Origin: Octopus sinensis
Taxonomy: Eukaryota
Assembly (NCBI RefSeq): GCF_006345805.1
Contig: NC_043009.1
Location: 2,418,001-2,482,000 of the forward strand
Direction of reading: 5' to 3'
DNA: 64,000 bases
Position numbers and translations under genes: made by a program. This document shows positions 13,865 through 26,233 of this stretch, in pieces (positions within the stretch are counted from its first letter, which is position 1; each line of letters starts with the position of its first letter). A model generated the notes under the pieces. That model was given only the letters and a program-made list of their open reading frames with translations. It was not told the origin of the DNA and did not search any database.

Positions 13865-16469
13865 AGGTTGTGTCGGAAAAGTGACTATTGCCACATTTAC
13901 CTCGAGAAAAACTATCATCAGGGATCATGATGCATAAAAGCATCGAAACTAGATCTCTGACAGATTCGATTCGTCTGCAACGGTATCCTCCCTCGTTAAA
14001 TTGGAGTGCAAGATTACCGTTTGGCACTAATGCTGTTGCTGTCGCTCTTAATCATTTTATACATGACACACACACACATATATATGTATACATTATATAT
14101 ATATATATATATATATATATGCATGTATACATACATACATACATACATATATATATAAGCAATATACGTCCATACATATATATATATTTGTGTATATATA
14201 TTTGTACGTATATACATATACATATATTATATACGAACAAGATATATATGCGTGTGTGTATCTGTGTGTCCGTGTGTCAGTGTGAAGATAGAACTGTCAG
14301 ACAAAAAATGAAATTAACCTCAATGTACATGACGACAGACAAGGATTAGTGTGCGTTAACCAACTCGATGTGTTTCGAGACACTGAAGTTCCCATTATAT
14401 ATCGATGAAATGAACTTTCACTTTTTATTTTATGACATTGTAAAAGTGTACTTTACTCTGCAGAGGTAAGAAGACAAATTCAGCAATTAGTGTTAAGGGC
14501 TATATCCCTGTTCAATAGACAAAAGAAACGATAGGAAATGAACCACCGATTCATCAATTGGTTTTCTGGCGAGAATACTACAAAATGATCAATCTATATG
14601 ATTTCGTCTAATTTTGAAACAACTGAAATTTACATGGAGAAATACCAGACCGATAAATGAAATTCTACCATCATGACGACGTCCATTAAAACCAAGCAAA
14701 AATATGTGTAAAACAGCGGTGGGAAAGAAATCCTCGGCAGAAATAAACACTGTAATCATTCACCAGACATTTGCTAGATTAAAAAGTGGTGTATTTGTTG
14801 AAATAGGCGCGGCAATAGTGTCAATGTTGTTATAATGCACTGCAGCTTCAAACATGATGGATCACATACCGAGAAAGCAAATTTCACGACGCGTAACGAA
14901 CAAATAAAAAAGACAATATATTATCAGTTATTTTTGTTTTCATAGACATGGATCGTAATATAATACGGTGACAGGAAAAATACCAAATAACAAAAGTTCA
15001 TAAATACACACACTAATTGAAATATTTTGTGTATATGCTTCTATATATATATATAGAGACATACATGCATATTGTTATTTTATATGTGTAATCTTGAATA
15101 ATTAATGCAATTGCTTCGTAATTTTCACGTAAAACAACTTGAATATTACGTACACCTGTTTATTTAAGGTTAGTATTTTTGAGCACTTTTGAGTGAATAT
15201 GTACTGGTGTTCAAATCTAAATGCACTATCATATTTAACATATAATCTAACACATTCTTACATGCATACATTCATACGCACATGTATGTATGTAAGTATG
15301 TATACATGCATGTATGTACGTAGAAACTTAGTATTTTAAAGCAATAGGGAATACTCACTGATGCTTCGGCACATTATTGTAAATGGCGCAATATTGCATA
15401 AATAATACAAAATTCAGTTTTAGTAAAATTGTAAATCAGCCCGATGTCTAAATGCCCCTCTCTTTTTCTCTCTTTCCCTTTATCTATCTATCTATCTAGC
15501 TATCTATCTATGCATGTGGATACACATGGCATAGATGTTGCACACATGATCGTAAAATTGTTGTTTAGAATCCTGCACTGGGCAATGAGTTGTGGTGTCG
15601 AGCAAAGCATATTCCTTCAAGCATATTCCTTATAGCAGTAATCCTGCTATAATGTTTTAAAATGGTTTCACTTTGTTTTATGATTGGCAAATTTGTTTGG
15701 TCGAAACCGTATTCCAAAAATTCAGCTTGAAAAGGTACTATAGTTGTCCAGAAATCAAGTGTCATTTAAATACATTTTGAGATATGATGATTACTACGAA
15801 TATATGAAAGCATTAATTGAACGTTAAGAACATTACAAAATATTTTTTGATTTTAAAATATCATAATAAAAAACGTGAAAACCAGACCATGTTTTACCTT
15901 TATTCAACTGATATATTACTCTATAAACATTCACACAATTTCGAAATATATATATATATATATATATGTGTATGTATATGTGTATGTATGTATGAATGTA
16001 TGTATGTATGTATCACAGAAATTCACACACGAATTGCGGCCTAATGTGATGACGCAATTAGGAAAATCATAATTCACCACCTGGTCACAAGGGCAACTGC
16101 AAGTATAGGAAATATTCACAATGAAATACGGCAAAGCACGTCATTGTTTCCTTAATAAAATGAGAGGAACCGATTCCTGGCATAAACAGTAATTAAAATT
16201 GAAGAGCCTCTGGAAGAAAACAATATCAACAAAACAAAACAAAAGAAAAAATATATAAAAAAATAAATAATCTAATGCATATGGTCTCTTGGTGCAATAT
16301 ATTATAATTCAACAATACGGAACTACTTACTAACAGTGTAACATCCGCCGCTTTTTCATGTTTTCCTACATGCATGAAACATATATATATATATATATAT
16401 GTACACATCAACACCACCTATTTTCGTCTTTTGTTTTTTGTGAATTCCCCCTATGTATATTAATATATA

Positions 16470-17183
16470 CAAGTGCACATTACCAGGATGGCGACAAAGT
16501 GCAGACGACTGGCTGGGTGGATCCTAAGAACATTCAAAACCAGAGATAAGGAAACCATGATGGTCCTCTGGCGGACATTCGTCCTCAGTCGCCTGGATTA
16601 CTGCTCACAGCTATGGTCACCCACCAGTGTAAAAATTACAGCAGACCTTGAAGCAATCCAGAGAAGATTCACAAAGAAGATCGTCTCTTTGCAACAGCTC
16701 AGCTACTGGGAAAGGTTGAAACAGCTAAGATTCTACTCCCTGGAGAGAAGACGGGAGAGGTATGCAGTAATATATGTCTGGAAGAACCTGGAAGGAATTG
16801 TGCAAATTTTGGCATTGTAAGCTACACCAATGCTAGAACGGGACGACACTGCATAGTGCCAAAGATCCCAGCAATGCCATCACGCTTCAGGACCAGCTTC
16901 TGCAACAGCCTGGGTTTCAAGGGCCCACAAATTTTTAATATTCTCCCAAAGAGTCTGAGGAACTTGCACAAAGTAGATGTAGCGGTTTTTAAATCAAAAC
17001 TGGACATCTTCCTGTCAAGAGTCCCAGATGAACCTACCTCACGGCAAGAGGTGCAAATGAGAGTAGCTGTATCAAACTCCATTCTTCACCAAGTGCCACA
17101 TATTGGACGAGGTTCTTCGAAATAACAGTGTAGCACAAAACGGCGGTGTATCAGCATGGCCGCAGCTCTGAGCTGAAACTAAA
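16470..17183 (+). mobile_element. 5'-truncated CR1-clade LINE (RT C-terminus plus short 3'UTR)
   Basis: ORFs 16473-16820 (GWILRTFKTRD...LSRLDYCSQLWSP...LEAIQRRFTK...SYWERLKQLRFYSLERRRER) and 16856-17125 (GPQIFNILPKSLRNL...FKSKLDIFLSRVPDEP) are joined by a single -1 frameshift near 16803. The 3' end is CAGCATGGCCGCAGCTCTGAGCTGAAACTAAA. Confidence 0.92.
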
Positions 17184-17203
17184 TATATATATATATATAT
17201 ATA

Positions 17204-17858
17204 TAAGAAAATAGTAAAGTGTGAAAAAACGACAGAAGGCTTAAATGTTAAAAAATATATATATTTGTGTCAAAACGTCTGGAGAATATTGGAAAAAATT
17301 TTTTCCTTTCCTTAAAATGACATAACTTTAAAATTTTTAAAGAAATTACCGGTTTCGCGTGTAGCTTTTCAAATTTCTTGTGACGTTATGTTTATATTGC
17401 ATGGAGTTATCGTTGTGTTTATTAACAGGAGATTTCTAAATAAGGGGAGGTAGTGAGTGATTTCTTCCGGTGTAAGGGAGATAATCGCTTAAAGTACAAA
17501 CCCAGACTTAACCATCCGAACATACTGACACAGAGAAATTAACAAGGAAAAGGGAAAAAAAAAAAATTTTAAGCGATTATCTCCCTTACACCGGAAGAAA
17601 TCACTCACTTACCTCCTCTTATTTAGAAATCTCCTGTTAATAAACACAACGATAACTCCATGCAATATAAACATAACGTCACAAGAAATTTGAAAAGCTA
17701 CACGCGAAACCCGTAATTTCTTAAAAATTTTAAAATTATGTCATTTTAAGGAAAGGAAAAAATTTTTTCCAATATTCTCCAGACATTTTGACACAAATAT
17801 ATATATTTTTTAACATTTAAGACTTCTGTCGTTTTTTTCACACTTTACTATTTTCTTA
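17204..17858. repeat. Foldback palindrome: ~290-bp inverted arms with a 74-bp spacer
   Basis: 17204-17493 is the reverse complement of 17568-17858, with about 5 substitutions and 3 single-base indels by manual alignment. Confidence 0.95.
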
Positions 17859-17879
17859 CCAAACAAACTTTCTATCTAT

Positions 17880-17937
<58 letters not shown>

Positions 17938-18337
17938 TATAATATATTATTTAAAATATATATATATATATATATAATATAAGATAAGATCGTTAATTTA
18001 AAAATAAAATAACGATTTTATCAAGCGGTCTGCATGCAAAAAATAACCTTCAAAGGCAATAATTATTAAAATTATAAATTAGGGTATCTACGAGTTGCCA
18101 CCATGCTGAAAATAGCAGCCATGATCTGACTCTTAAACCACCTTAATTGTCCATATATCAACACGGAGAGAAAACGAAGGGACAAGATGAAACTAGTAAA
18201 ATATATTCCAGACTTCTGACTTTGCATTTAAGAATGGTTTGCCTCGTTAGTAGATTACACACAGAAGAGAAACATAAATACATATATATATAAGCAGAAC
18301 ATACGATTACTTACATATACGGACGTATAACCATATA

Positions 18338-18387
<50 letters not shown>

Positions 18388-18923
18388 CAGGTATATGCAA
18401 AATGTTTCTTAAGGATACGTTTCAAAGTGTATTTCGTACAAGTAATCTCAGTTTCCAACAATTGGCCGTAGAAGTTTGTTATATCTGACTCGAGTCGAAA
18501 ATTCCAGTATCGTGTTCCTCTTCTTAGCGTAACACGAAAAATTTACATACATACATACATACTCAAATCCATCCACTCCTCGCACACACTCGTACATACC
18601 TGCATAATTAGTGCACATGATTTTGTAAGTAAATGGGTAACTATCAGTCTGGGTTAGGTTGGATGTTCAGAAAAAGGAATCCACCGGTTCGCACATCATA
18701 AATGCAAACTGTAAGCAGAAGAGTAAAACTGTGCAAGATGGGTTTTAATTGTAACGTTGTCTTCGTTATCTAAACTCCAAAGATGTATGTTTATATCTTT
18801 GCTAAAAACGAGCTTCCTCTTCTGAGGAGGAATTTTAATGACTAAAAACAGAAGAGACGTCCATATATACATACAAACATATATGTATATATATATTATA
18901 TTATATATATATTATATATATAT

Positions 18924-18954
<31 letters not shown>

Positions 18955-19085
18955 TTCAACAATTGAGGGCAAAATTAATTAATTATTAATCAATTTCAAG
19001 CTAGAAATACCTTTAAAAAAGTTTTTTAGCTGCTATTTCTAATGAGTTCAGTATGCGGCAAAGTAATTTATTTTACTAGCCCTTT

Positions 19086-19155
<70 letters not shown>

Positions 19156-19207
19156 TTATTTATTTATTATTTATTATTATTTTTTTAATTTATTTATTTA
19201 TTTATTT

Positions 19208-19250
19208 TTTAGTTTCAGCTCACCAAGCTGTGGCCATGCTGGGGCAACCG
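19208..19250 (-). mobile_element. Extreme 3' fragment of the CR1-type LINE, with (TAAA)n-like tail to its left
   Basis: The reverse complement CGGTTGCCCCAGCATGGCCACAGCTTGGTGAGCTGAAACTAAA matches the 3' end at ~17145-17183. Confidence 0.6.
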
Positions 19251-19306
19251 TCATATATTTATATATATATTATATGTATATATATATATATATATATTTA
19301 TATTAT

Positions 19307-19339
<33 letters not shown>

Positions 19340-19653
19340 TATATATATATGGATATACATAAATGGATAAGCATATATATATATGAATGTGTGTATATAT
19401 AATATATGGAGATACATAAATAGATATGAATATATATAAATGTGAATGCATATATATGTGTGTATGTTTGTGTGTATATATATATATATATATATAAATA
19501 TATATATATATAAACATATTTCATATAAATAAATAAATGAATGAATAAATGTGTATGATGAATATATATATATATATAAATATATGTATGTGCCTGAGTA
19601 TATGTATGTGCGTGTGTGTGTTAATGTACATACTTGGATATATAATATATATA

Positions 19654-19692
<39 letters not shown>

Positions 19693-20328
19693 CATATATA
19701 AATATATACATATATATGTATACATACATAAATATATATATATGTATACATAAATATATATATATGTGTACATTCATAAATATATATATATAATCGCGGG
19801 CGCGCTGGTGTGTGTGTGAGTGTGTACGAACATTACGTAGAACTGTTTGTAAAACAGATAGCTTGATCAATATCAGATATTTGTGTGGTACAGAAAGTCT
19901 CTAAATCTCTCGGCAATTTCCCAGTGCATCATATTACACATATCTGCGAATTATACATTAGTTGTAATGGTGTTGTTAACGGAGGCAATGCAGTGCAAAA
20001 CTGTTAGTTGAAAAACACAAGGTAACACATTAGTAACATTCTGAAGAAGCAGTTTGGAATATATAATGGCAAATGCCCACTTTGTTTCACTAAATATTAC
20101 TGCTGTATTTTTCTGATATTTATCTCGTTCTGGAGAGTTTTAAAAAATAAGAGAAAGGGAAGGGCAGATGAAAGTATGATAATAAATATCTACATATGCA
20201 CAAGGTGAAATGTATGCCAGTACAAGGAGTAGGAGTGGGAAGAAATAACTATTGCAAGTTATTTTGTTTAATAGTCTCAAAATTCTGATTATCTAGCGTC
20301 TTTGAGCAGAAGTAAAATTATAATGTTG

Positions 20329-20622
20329 ACTAGCTATTTGGACCCGTACTTCGCTCGGGGTTTGGTGTTGTTGTTGTTTTGTGCTTGTTGTTTCCTTTTC
20401 CCTTCCTTCTTTTGTTTGTCTTCTCACCATGGCAACCAAACGGTAGACTCGAGCGACTTGCAACCCTCCTCACACCATTGCCCACCCCATTTTACCTCCA
20501 GTGTAAATTCTGGCGCCAATCCGACCCCGTCTACCGCCCCTTAAACCGTTCCCATCCCAAAATGAGACAAATAGCGAAGAAATGAAACAACGTTTTCGCA
20601 TTTCAGTTTTATAGATATTGAT
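20329..20622 (+). mobile_element. Possible non-autonomous Helitron-like element
   Basis: Begins ACTAGCTATTTGGACCCGTACTTCGCTCGGG, resembling the ACTAGC...CCCG...TTCGC.CG start of Lep1-type non-autonomous Helitrons, and ends TTTTATAGATATTGAT. Family-level recollection only. Confidence 0.35.
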
Positions 20623-20651
20623 GATAGCAACAACAGTAATAATAATAATAA

Positions 20652-20805
20652 CCCTCTCTATTATTGGCACAAGGCCTGAAATTTTTTGGGGAAGAGGACT
20701 AGTCGATTATATTGACCCCAGTGTTTCACTGGTACTTAAGTTATCGACGCCGAAAGGATGAAAACCAGAGTGGACCTCTGCAGAATGCCCACTCAGAACA
20801 GAGCA
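20652..20805 (-). mobile_element. Degenerate SINE family D fragment
   Basis: ACTGGTACTTAAGTTATCGACGCCGAAAGGATGAAA is the reverse complement of the core TTTCATCCTTTCGGGGTCGATAAATTAAGTACCAGT seen at 25.5-25.9 kb. Confidence 0.55.
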
Positions 20806-21299
20806 ATGGACGAAATACAGCTAATCTCTTGCCCCTCCTCTTCAATCTATAAGCGCATACTTTTAGTCGTAGGACTTCACTTGGAAGAGTGGTGCTCCTC
20901 ACGCGGCCAATATGTGCTGGCTGCTCTAGAGTTGGAAGCAAAAAACACCTATTTACATTTGGCTCAACAAAGAATATTCTTTACCAAGAGGTTTTGTAGG
21001 AATTACTACATCCTACAATGTGCTCCAGTATACACTGCTGCTCTTTGTGAATTGCGAAGGTGGATACCATTTCGGCATAATACCAACAAGCCAGAAGACT
21101 GCACCAACAAAGCAGTTTCCTTCATGAACTTCAGTATCAAAGCATATTCCCAAATTACTTCCACTAACCCCGTCGTAAGCCATTACGCTTTATTTTTTCA
21201 AGCAATTCATGACTAAATACTCTCATGTGACTGCACATTTTCGTGTTTCATTATTTACAATTCTACAATAATAGAATAAGATATATATTTATTGTGATA

Positions 21300-21337
21300 A
21301 AACTAGTACTTTTATGCATTGCACAATCATCAGATTT
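21300..21337 (-). ncRNA. Degenerate hammerhead-like motif (G12A), inverted copy of 21440-21477
   Basis: Minus strand AAAU-CUGAUGA-U-UGUG(CAA)UGCA-U-AAA-AGUACU-A-GUUU, with 33/38 identity to the + strand motif. Confidence 0.5.
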
Positions 21338-21371
21338 GATAGCCAAAGTCATCAATTGTGGAACATGATTG

Positions 21372-21437
<66 letters not shown>
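21372..21437. repeat. (CTA)n microsatellite between the inverted hammerhead-like motifs
   Basis: About 21-22 perfect CTA units. Confidence 0.95.
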
Positions 21438-21439
21438 AT

Positions 21440-21477
21440 AAACCTGATGATTGCGTAACGCATGAAAGTACTAGTTT
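21440..21477 (+). ncRNA. Minimal type-I hammerhead ribozyme motif
   Basis: AAAC-CUGAUGA-U-UGCG(UAA)CGCA-U-GAA-AGUACU-A-GUUU. The CUGAUGA/GAAA core is intact, stems I and II are 4 bp each, stem III is palindromic, the triplet is CUA, and 10.1/11.1 is U.U. Confidence 0.65.
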
Positions 21478-21509
21478 CATATATATATTATCATAGTAGA
21501 ATATATATA

Positions 21510-21560
<51 letters not shown>

Positions 21561-21569
21561 AGAATACAT

Positions 21570-21890
21570 GTGAAGACGCATGGCTCAGTGTTTAGAGCGT
21601 CGAGCTTACGATCATGAGGTTGGGAATTCGAATCCCGGAACAGGGCTGCGTGTTGTGTTCTTGAGCAAGATACTTTATTTCACGTTGCTCCATTTCACTC
21701 AGCTGTAGAAATGAGTTGCGACGTCACTGGTGCCAAGCTGTATCGGCCCCTTTGTCTTTCCCTCGTATAACACTGGTGGCGTGGAAAGGTGAGGCCGGTA
21801 TGTGTGGGCGACTGGTTGGCCGGACTTCTGCCTGAAAGGGTAACTTTCAATGTACAATTCTATGGTCAGTCATGACCGAAGGGTGTCTCA
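21570..21890 (+). mobile_element. tRNA-derived SINE (family B), near full length
   Basis: A-box-like TGGCTCAGTGTTTAG, B-box-like AATTCGAATCCC, central TGTGTTCTTGAGCAAGATACTTTATTTCACGTTGCTCC...CAGCTGTAGAAATGAGT. An inverted paralog lies at 27566-27883. Confidence 0.85.
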
Positions 21891-22639
21891 GCATATATGT
21901 ATTCGACAGGCATCTTTCAGTTTCCGCCTACCGAATCGACACACAAGGCTTTTAGCGTAAAAAAAAAATACAGATAGCCAGTTAGAGTGAAAAATGATTT
22001 CATCTTTCTGAAAATTTTGCCTCTGCCTTAGTAACGAGTCGCCCTAAATTAAGAATCCATGCTTTGTTTCACATTTGCAAGAATCGCGTTTCATCCGGGG
22101 TTCAATAATGCTCTTTATTCGCAACGACGACAATAGTAACATTTTAAACAAAAATATATATTCTGATCGGCATGAAGTGAGATATTTATTAGATAAAGGG
22201 CAAAGCGGTGTCGTGATATTTATACATTTCCTTATTATTACCGAGAAGATATCAAACGTGAAATGAAACCGTTTTGCAGAATCGATTCAGTGTAAATCAT
22301 TTTATTTCATTAGGACGATCTCGAAAATACACCAAGGACATTCAAAATAATTAAAGTAATAAACAGCCAGCCAAGAAAAAGCAAATAGCTTCGATATTGT
22401 AAATCCTACCAACAACGAATGGCCATATTTATCAAATATTTAAAAAGAAACCTCAAAACTATGAGGTTGCTAGGCAGAAACAGTAAATATTTTAATTTAG
22501 ACGTTTAAGGATATAAATTGATTGTTTGACTAGTGTTTGGTGGGGATGGCCATGGCGGTACGTAAATATTTACATAGATTTTTATTATTCTTTTTTGAGA
22601 CAAAATATTCTAACTGTAACTAGAATCACGCACACCAAC

Positions 22640-22704
<65 letters not shown>

Positions 22705-23285
22705 CGTACATACACATATACATGCATATATGTATCATATTTATGTGTGTGTGTATGGCTATAATTGTGGCGTATGTATACAAAGGCTCATACGCATATA
22801 CATATACATGCATTTACATACTGGCGCAGGCAGTGCTTGTATTTAAGTTCTTAAATTGTAACCAGGTGGTTTTAGGTTCATTCTCAGGTGACGTATGCTA
22901 AAATCTCGGCTTACCAAATGATTGGAGTTCAATAGATACACGAAACCTGTGAAGAAGATTGATAAATACACATATACACATAAACGCGCTCACACATACG
23001 GACGTACAAAAGCATGAATATCCATAGGATAAATTCTTAGACAGACGTGTCGGCGTGTGCTCTTTCGTTTCAGTACCTCACCACATGGTAATTAATTTTG
23101 AGGAGTTTTTCCGACAAATATATATTAGGCACGGGCATGGCTGTATGATAAAAATCTTGCTTCTTAGGTACAAAGTTCCGAGATCAGTCACAAATTGGGT
23201 AATTGTATTCTATTATAGCGCCGGGCCGATCGAAAACTTGTGAGTAGATTTCATAGACTGAACCTGAAGGAAATCTGCCATTTAT

Positions 23286-23452
23286 GTAGGAGTGGCTGTG
23301 TGGTAAGTAGCTTGCTTACCAACCGCATGGTTCCGGGTTTATTCCCACCGCGTGGCCCCTTGACCAAGTGTCTTCTATTATAGCCTCGGGGCGACCAAAT
23401 CTTTGTCAGTGGATTTGGTAGACGGAAACTGAAAGAAGCCCGTCGTATATAT
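23286..23452 (+). mobile_element. 5' half of tRNA-derived SINE (family A)
   Basis: GGAGTGGCTGTGTGGTAAGTAGC...CAAGTGTCTTCTATTATAGCC...GTAGACGGAAACTGAAAGAAGCCCGTCG matches the head of the full copy at 54824-55250. Confidence 0.85.
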
Positions 23453-23651
23453 TACTCTTTTACTCTTTTACTCGTTTCAGTCATTTGACTGTGGCCATGC
23501 TGGAGCACCGCCTTTAGTCGAGCAAATCGACCCCAGGACTTATTCTTTGTAAGCCTAGTACTTATTCTATCGGTGTCTTTTGCCGAACCGCTAAGTAACG
23601 GAGACGTAAACATACATGCATCGGTTGCCAAGAGATGCTGGGGGACAAACA

Positions 23652-23743
<92 letters not shown>

Positions 23744-23796
23744 CGACGGGCTTCTTTCAGTTTCCGTCTACCAAATTATCAAATCCACTCAGAAGG
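23453..23796 (-). mobile_element. SINE family A copy (centre plus tail) abutting the previous copy in opposite orientation
   Basis: (TACTCTTT)n tail, CAGTCATTTGACTGTGGCCATGCTGGAGCACCGCC, internal (CA)n(TA)n, CGACGGGCTTCTTTCAGTTTCCGTC. Confidence 0.88.
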
Positions 23797-23811
23797 ATTT
23801 CTCTCGCTCTC

Positions 23812-23955
23812 TTTACTCTTTTACTTGTTTCAACCATTTGACTGCGGCCATGCTGGAGCACCACCTTTTACTCGAGCCAATCGACCCCAGGACGTATTCT
23901 TTAGAAGCCTAGTACGTATTCTATCGGTCTTTTGCCGAACCGCTAAGTTACGGGG
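23812..23955 (-). mobile_element. SINE family A tail fragment
   Basis: A second TACTCTTTTACTTGTTTC...GCGGCCATGCTGGAGCACC...CCGCTAAGTTACGGGG segment. Confidence 0.8.
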
Positions 23956-25393
23956 AAGGTTATTGACATTTGTATAATTATATATTGTCATTAAAATTGA
24001 TATTTCATGACAAATAACCAGTATTTGCAATAGAATGCTTGTATATTGAAAATGGAAACCGAAAACATTTTAGAAAAGTTTTTACCTTGATTGGTCTACA
24101 TACAATGATAGCAGAAAAATAAAAGGAATGATAATGCAGAAATGGAGAAGGTTTTCTTGTGGATACCATCTACATACTCATCTATTGCCATACGATTTAA
24201 TATACGCCATTGAATCGATTCATCTGACAACAACTAGCTTTGAATGGGTCGTCTCCTTGTAAAAGATAGCCGTTCAGTAAATTTCAACGTGCCATATTTT
24301 CGAGTGATTAACACGCTTTAACGATTGAGAAACTATTTATCTAGAGTTTGAAGTGTAGTAACTACCACTGCCTGATCAATCTCACGTAAGTTTTATGTGG
24401 GTAGAACTTCGATTAAAATGCAGTGAGTCACGAACTGCGCTTCGATAAATGGAAGAAATACTCTCCTTGTTCGCAAGGAAGTTGATTTTCGCTTTTAAAC
24501 CTAATGGTGTGTATTTAAATATGTATACTTCTAAGTATGCATGTCTATATGCCTGTATATGTATGTATATATATATATATACATATCGTTATTAAAGTAA
24601 AAGTATGACCGCATGAATGTATATAAAAATATGTGTGTGCATTTGTGAACGTACATATGTGTGTATTTACGTATATGTGAATACGTGTCTCTGCGTACAA
24701 ACATATGTAATATACATATGTCTTCATAAACATACCCACATGTATATAATTATCTACGTAAACATATGCGTATATAAATGCACAGCTGTCGACATATAAG
24801 CAGTACGTACGTGTATATGTGTTTGTATACAACCATAGATACATAAATACATACATACATACCTGTATACGTAAATACATACATACATACCTGTATACAT
24901 AAATACATACATACATACAATGCACATATATATTTATAGTACTTAATTTTAAATTACGTGGAAAATTATTGATTACCTACCCTTTTAGGGCAATTATAAT
25001 TAAAAAATTAATTAAACTCTGATAACTAAAATGTCCTTTCAGCGGCGGAAATATCCACATTCTGATTGGACTATTAGTATAATATAATTACTTGAACGTT
25101 TGCGTGTTATTTTTGGACAGATCTGTTAATTAATCTGGACGGTGACCCATTTTATAAACAGTATTCTCGCGATAAACGGTGTAAATTACTTTATATCGTC
25201 GATTTTAGCCATACTATATATAATATAGAGTAATATGCAGTAATGGAAAATACATTTATGCTATGAAAAGATATATTTGGATTATAGATGGATGTTTAAT
25301 ACGATTAGAATACGGCGCATGAAAATAATTCCATTTCCAAGTATGTAACCTTCACTTTGTTTTTTATCTCCTTCATATATACTAGCTTGTTAA

Positions 25394-25982
25394 GGCGACG
25401 AGCTGGCGGAGATGTTTGCACGCTGGGCGAAGTGCTTAGCGGTATTCCGTGTGCCGCTACGTTCTGAGTTGAAATTCCACCGAGATCGACTTTGCCTTTC
25501 ATCCTATCGGGGTGGGTAAATTAAGTACCAGTTACGCACTGGGGTCGATATAATCGACTTAATCCGTTTGTCTGTCCTTGTTTGTCCCTTCTGTGTTTAG
25601 CCCCTTGTGGGCAGTAAAGACATAGAAATAGGTATTTCGTCTGCCGTTACGTTTTGAGCTCAAATTCCGCCGAGGTCGACTTTGCCTTTCATCCTTTCGG
25701 GATCGATAAATTAAGTACCAGTTACGCACTCGGGTCGATATAATCGAATTAATCTGTTTGTCTGTCCTTGTTTGTTCCTTCTGTGTTTAGCCCCTTGTGA
25801 GTAGTAAAGAAATAGGTATTTCGTCTGTCTTTGCGTCCTGAGCTTAAATTCCGCCGAGGTAGACTTTACCTTTTATCCTTTCGCGGTCGATAAATTAAGT
25901 ATCATTTTTGTACTGGAGTCGATCTAGTCCACTGGCCTCCTTCCCCCAAATTTCGGGCTTTGAGCCTAGCATAGAAAAGAAT
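25394..25982 (+). mobile_element. Head-to-tail trimer of SINE family D
   Basis: Full unit 25394-25630, then 5'-truncated units starting GGTATTTCGTCTG at 25631 and 25815. All carry GACTTTGCCTTTCATCCTTTCGGG.TCGATAAATTAAGTA, possibly a Meta-type central domain (inference). Confidence 0.85.
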
Positions 25983-25997
25983 ATAAAATAATAATAA

Positions 25998-26233
25998 ATG
26001 CGCTCTTTTAAAACCTAGCCAGGCTCATGGTTCTGGTTTCCCGGTTTCAATGGCGTATATGTTCCCCAGCTGTCCATAGCAGCGTTACTCATTTTTGCCA
26101 GCTGAGTGGACTGGAGCAACGTGAAATGAAGTGTTTTGTTCAAAAACACAACGTGTCGCCCGGTCCAGGAATCGAAACCACAATCTTACGATCATGATGC
26201 TGATACCCTAACCACTAAGCCACGCGCCTCCAC
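25998..26233 (-). mobile_element. tRNA-derived SINE (family C)
   Basis: The reverse complement starts GTGGAGGCGCGTGGCTTAGTGGTTAGGG...GGTTTCGATTCC. Its tail CCATGAGCCTGGCTAGG matches 40175-40195. Confidence 0.85.

Noticed and set aside
13918-13959. CAGGG-AUCAUGA-UGC(AUAAAA)GCA-UC-GAA-ACUAGA-U-CUCUG, possible decayed hammerhead
   Set aside because: Needs three corrections in conserved positions; indistinguishable from chance without a family consensus.
18644-18708. Minus-strand acceptor followed by CIYDVRTGGFLFLNIQPNPD* (WD40-like IYDVRTG)
   Set aside because: A 7-residue resemblance only, with no other exons on that strand.
20758-21216. 152-aa + strand ORF
   Set aside because: Starts inside an antisense SINE remnant; no recognisable domain.
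21570-21645. tRNA-like heads (also at 23286, 26233, 30415, 39907, 55250) as tRNA genes
   Set aside because: They lack a complete cloverleaf acceptor stem and continue into SINE bodies.
25394-25982. Regularly recurring ~185-235-bp units as a CRISPR array or satellite
   Set aside because: The units are SINE copies with no unique spacers, in a eukaryotic context.
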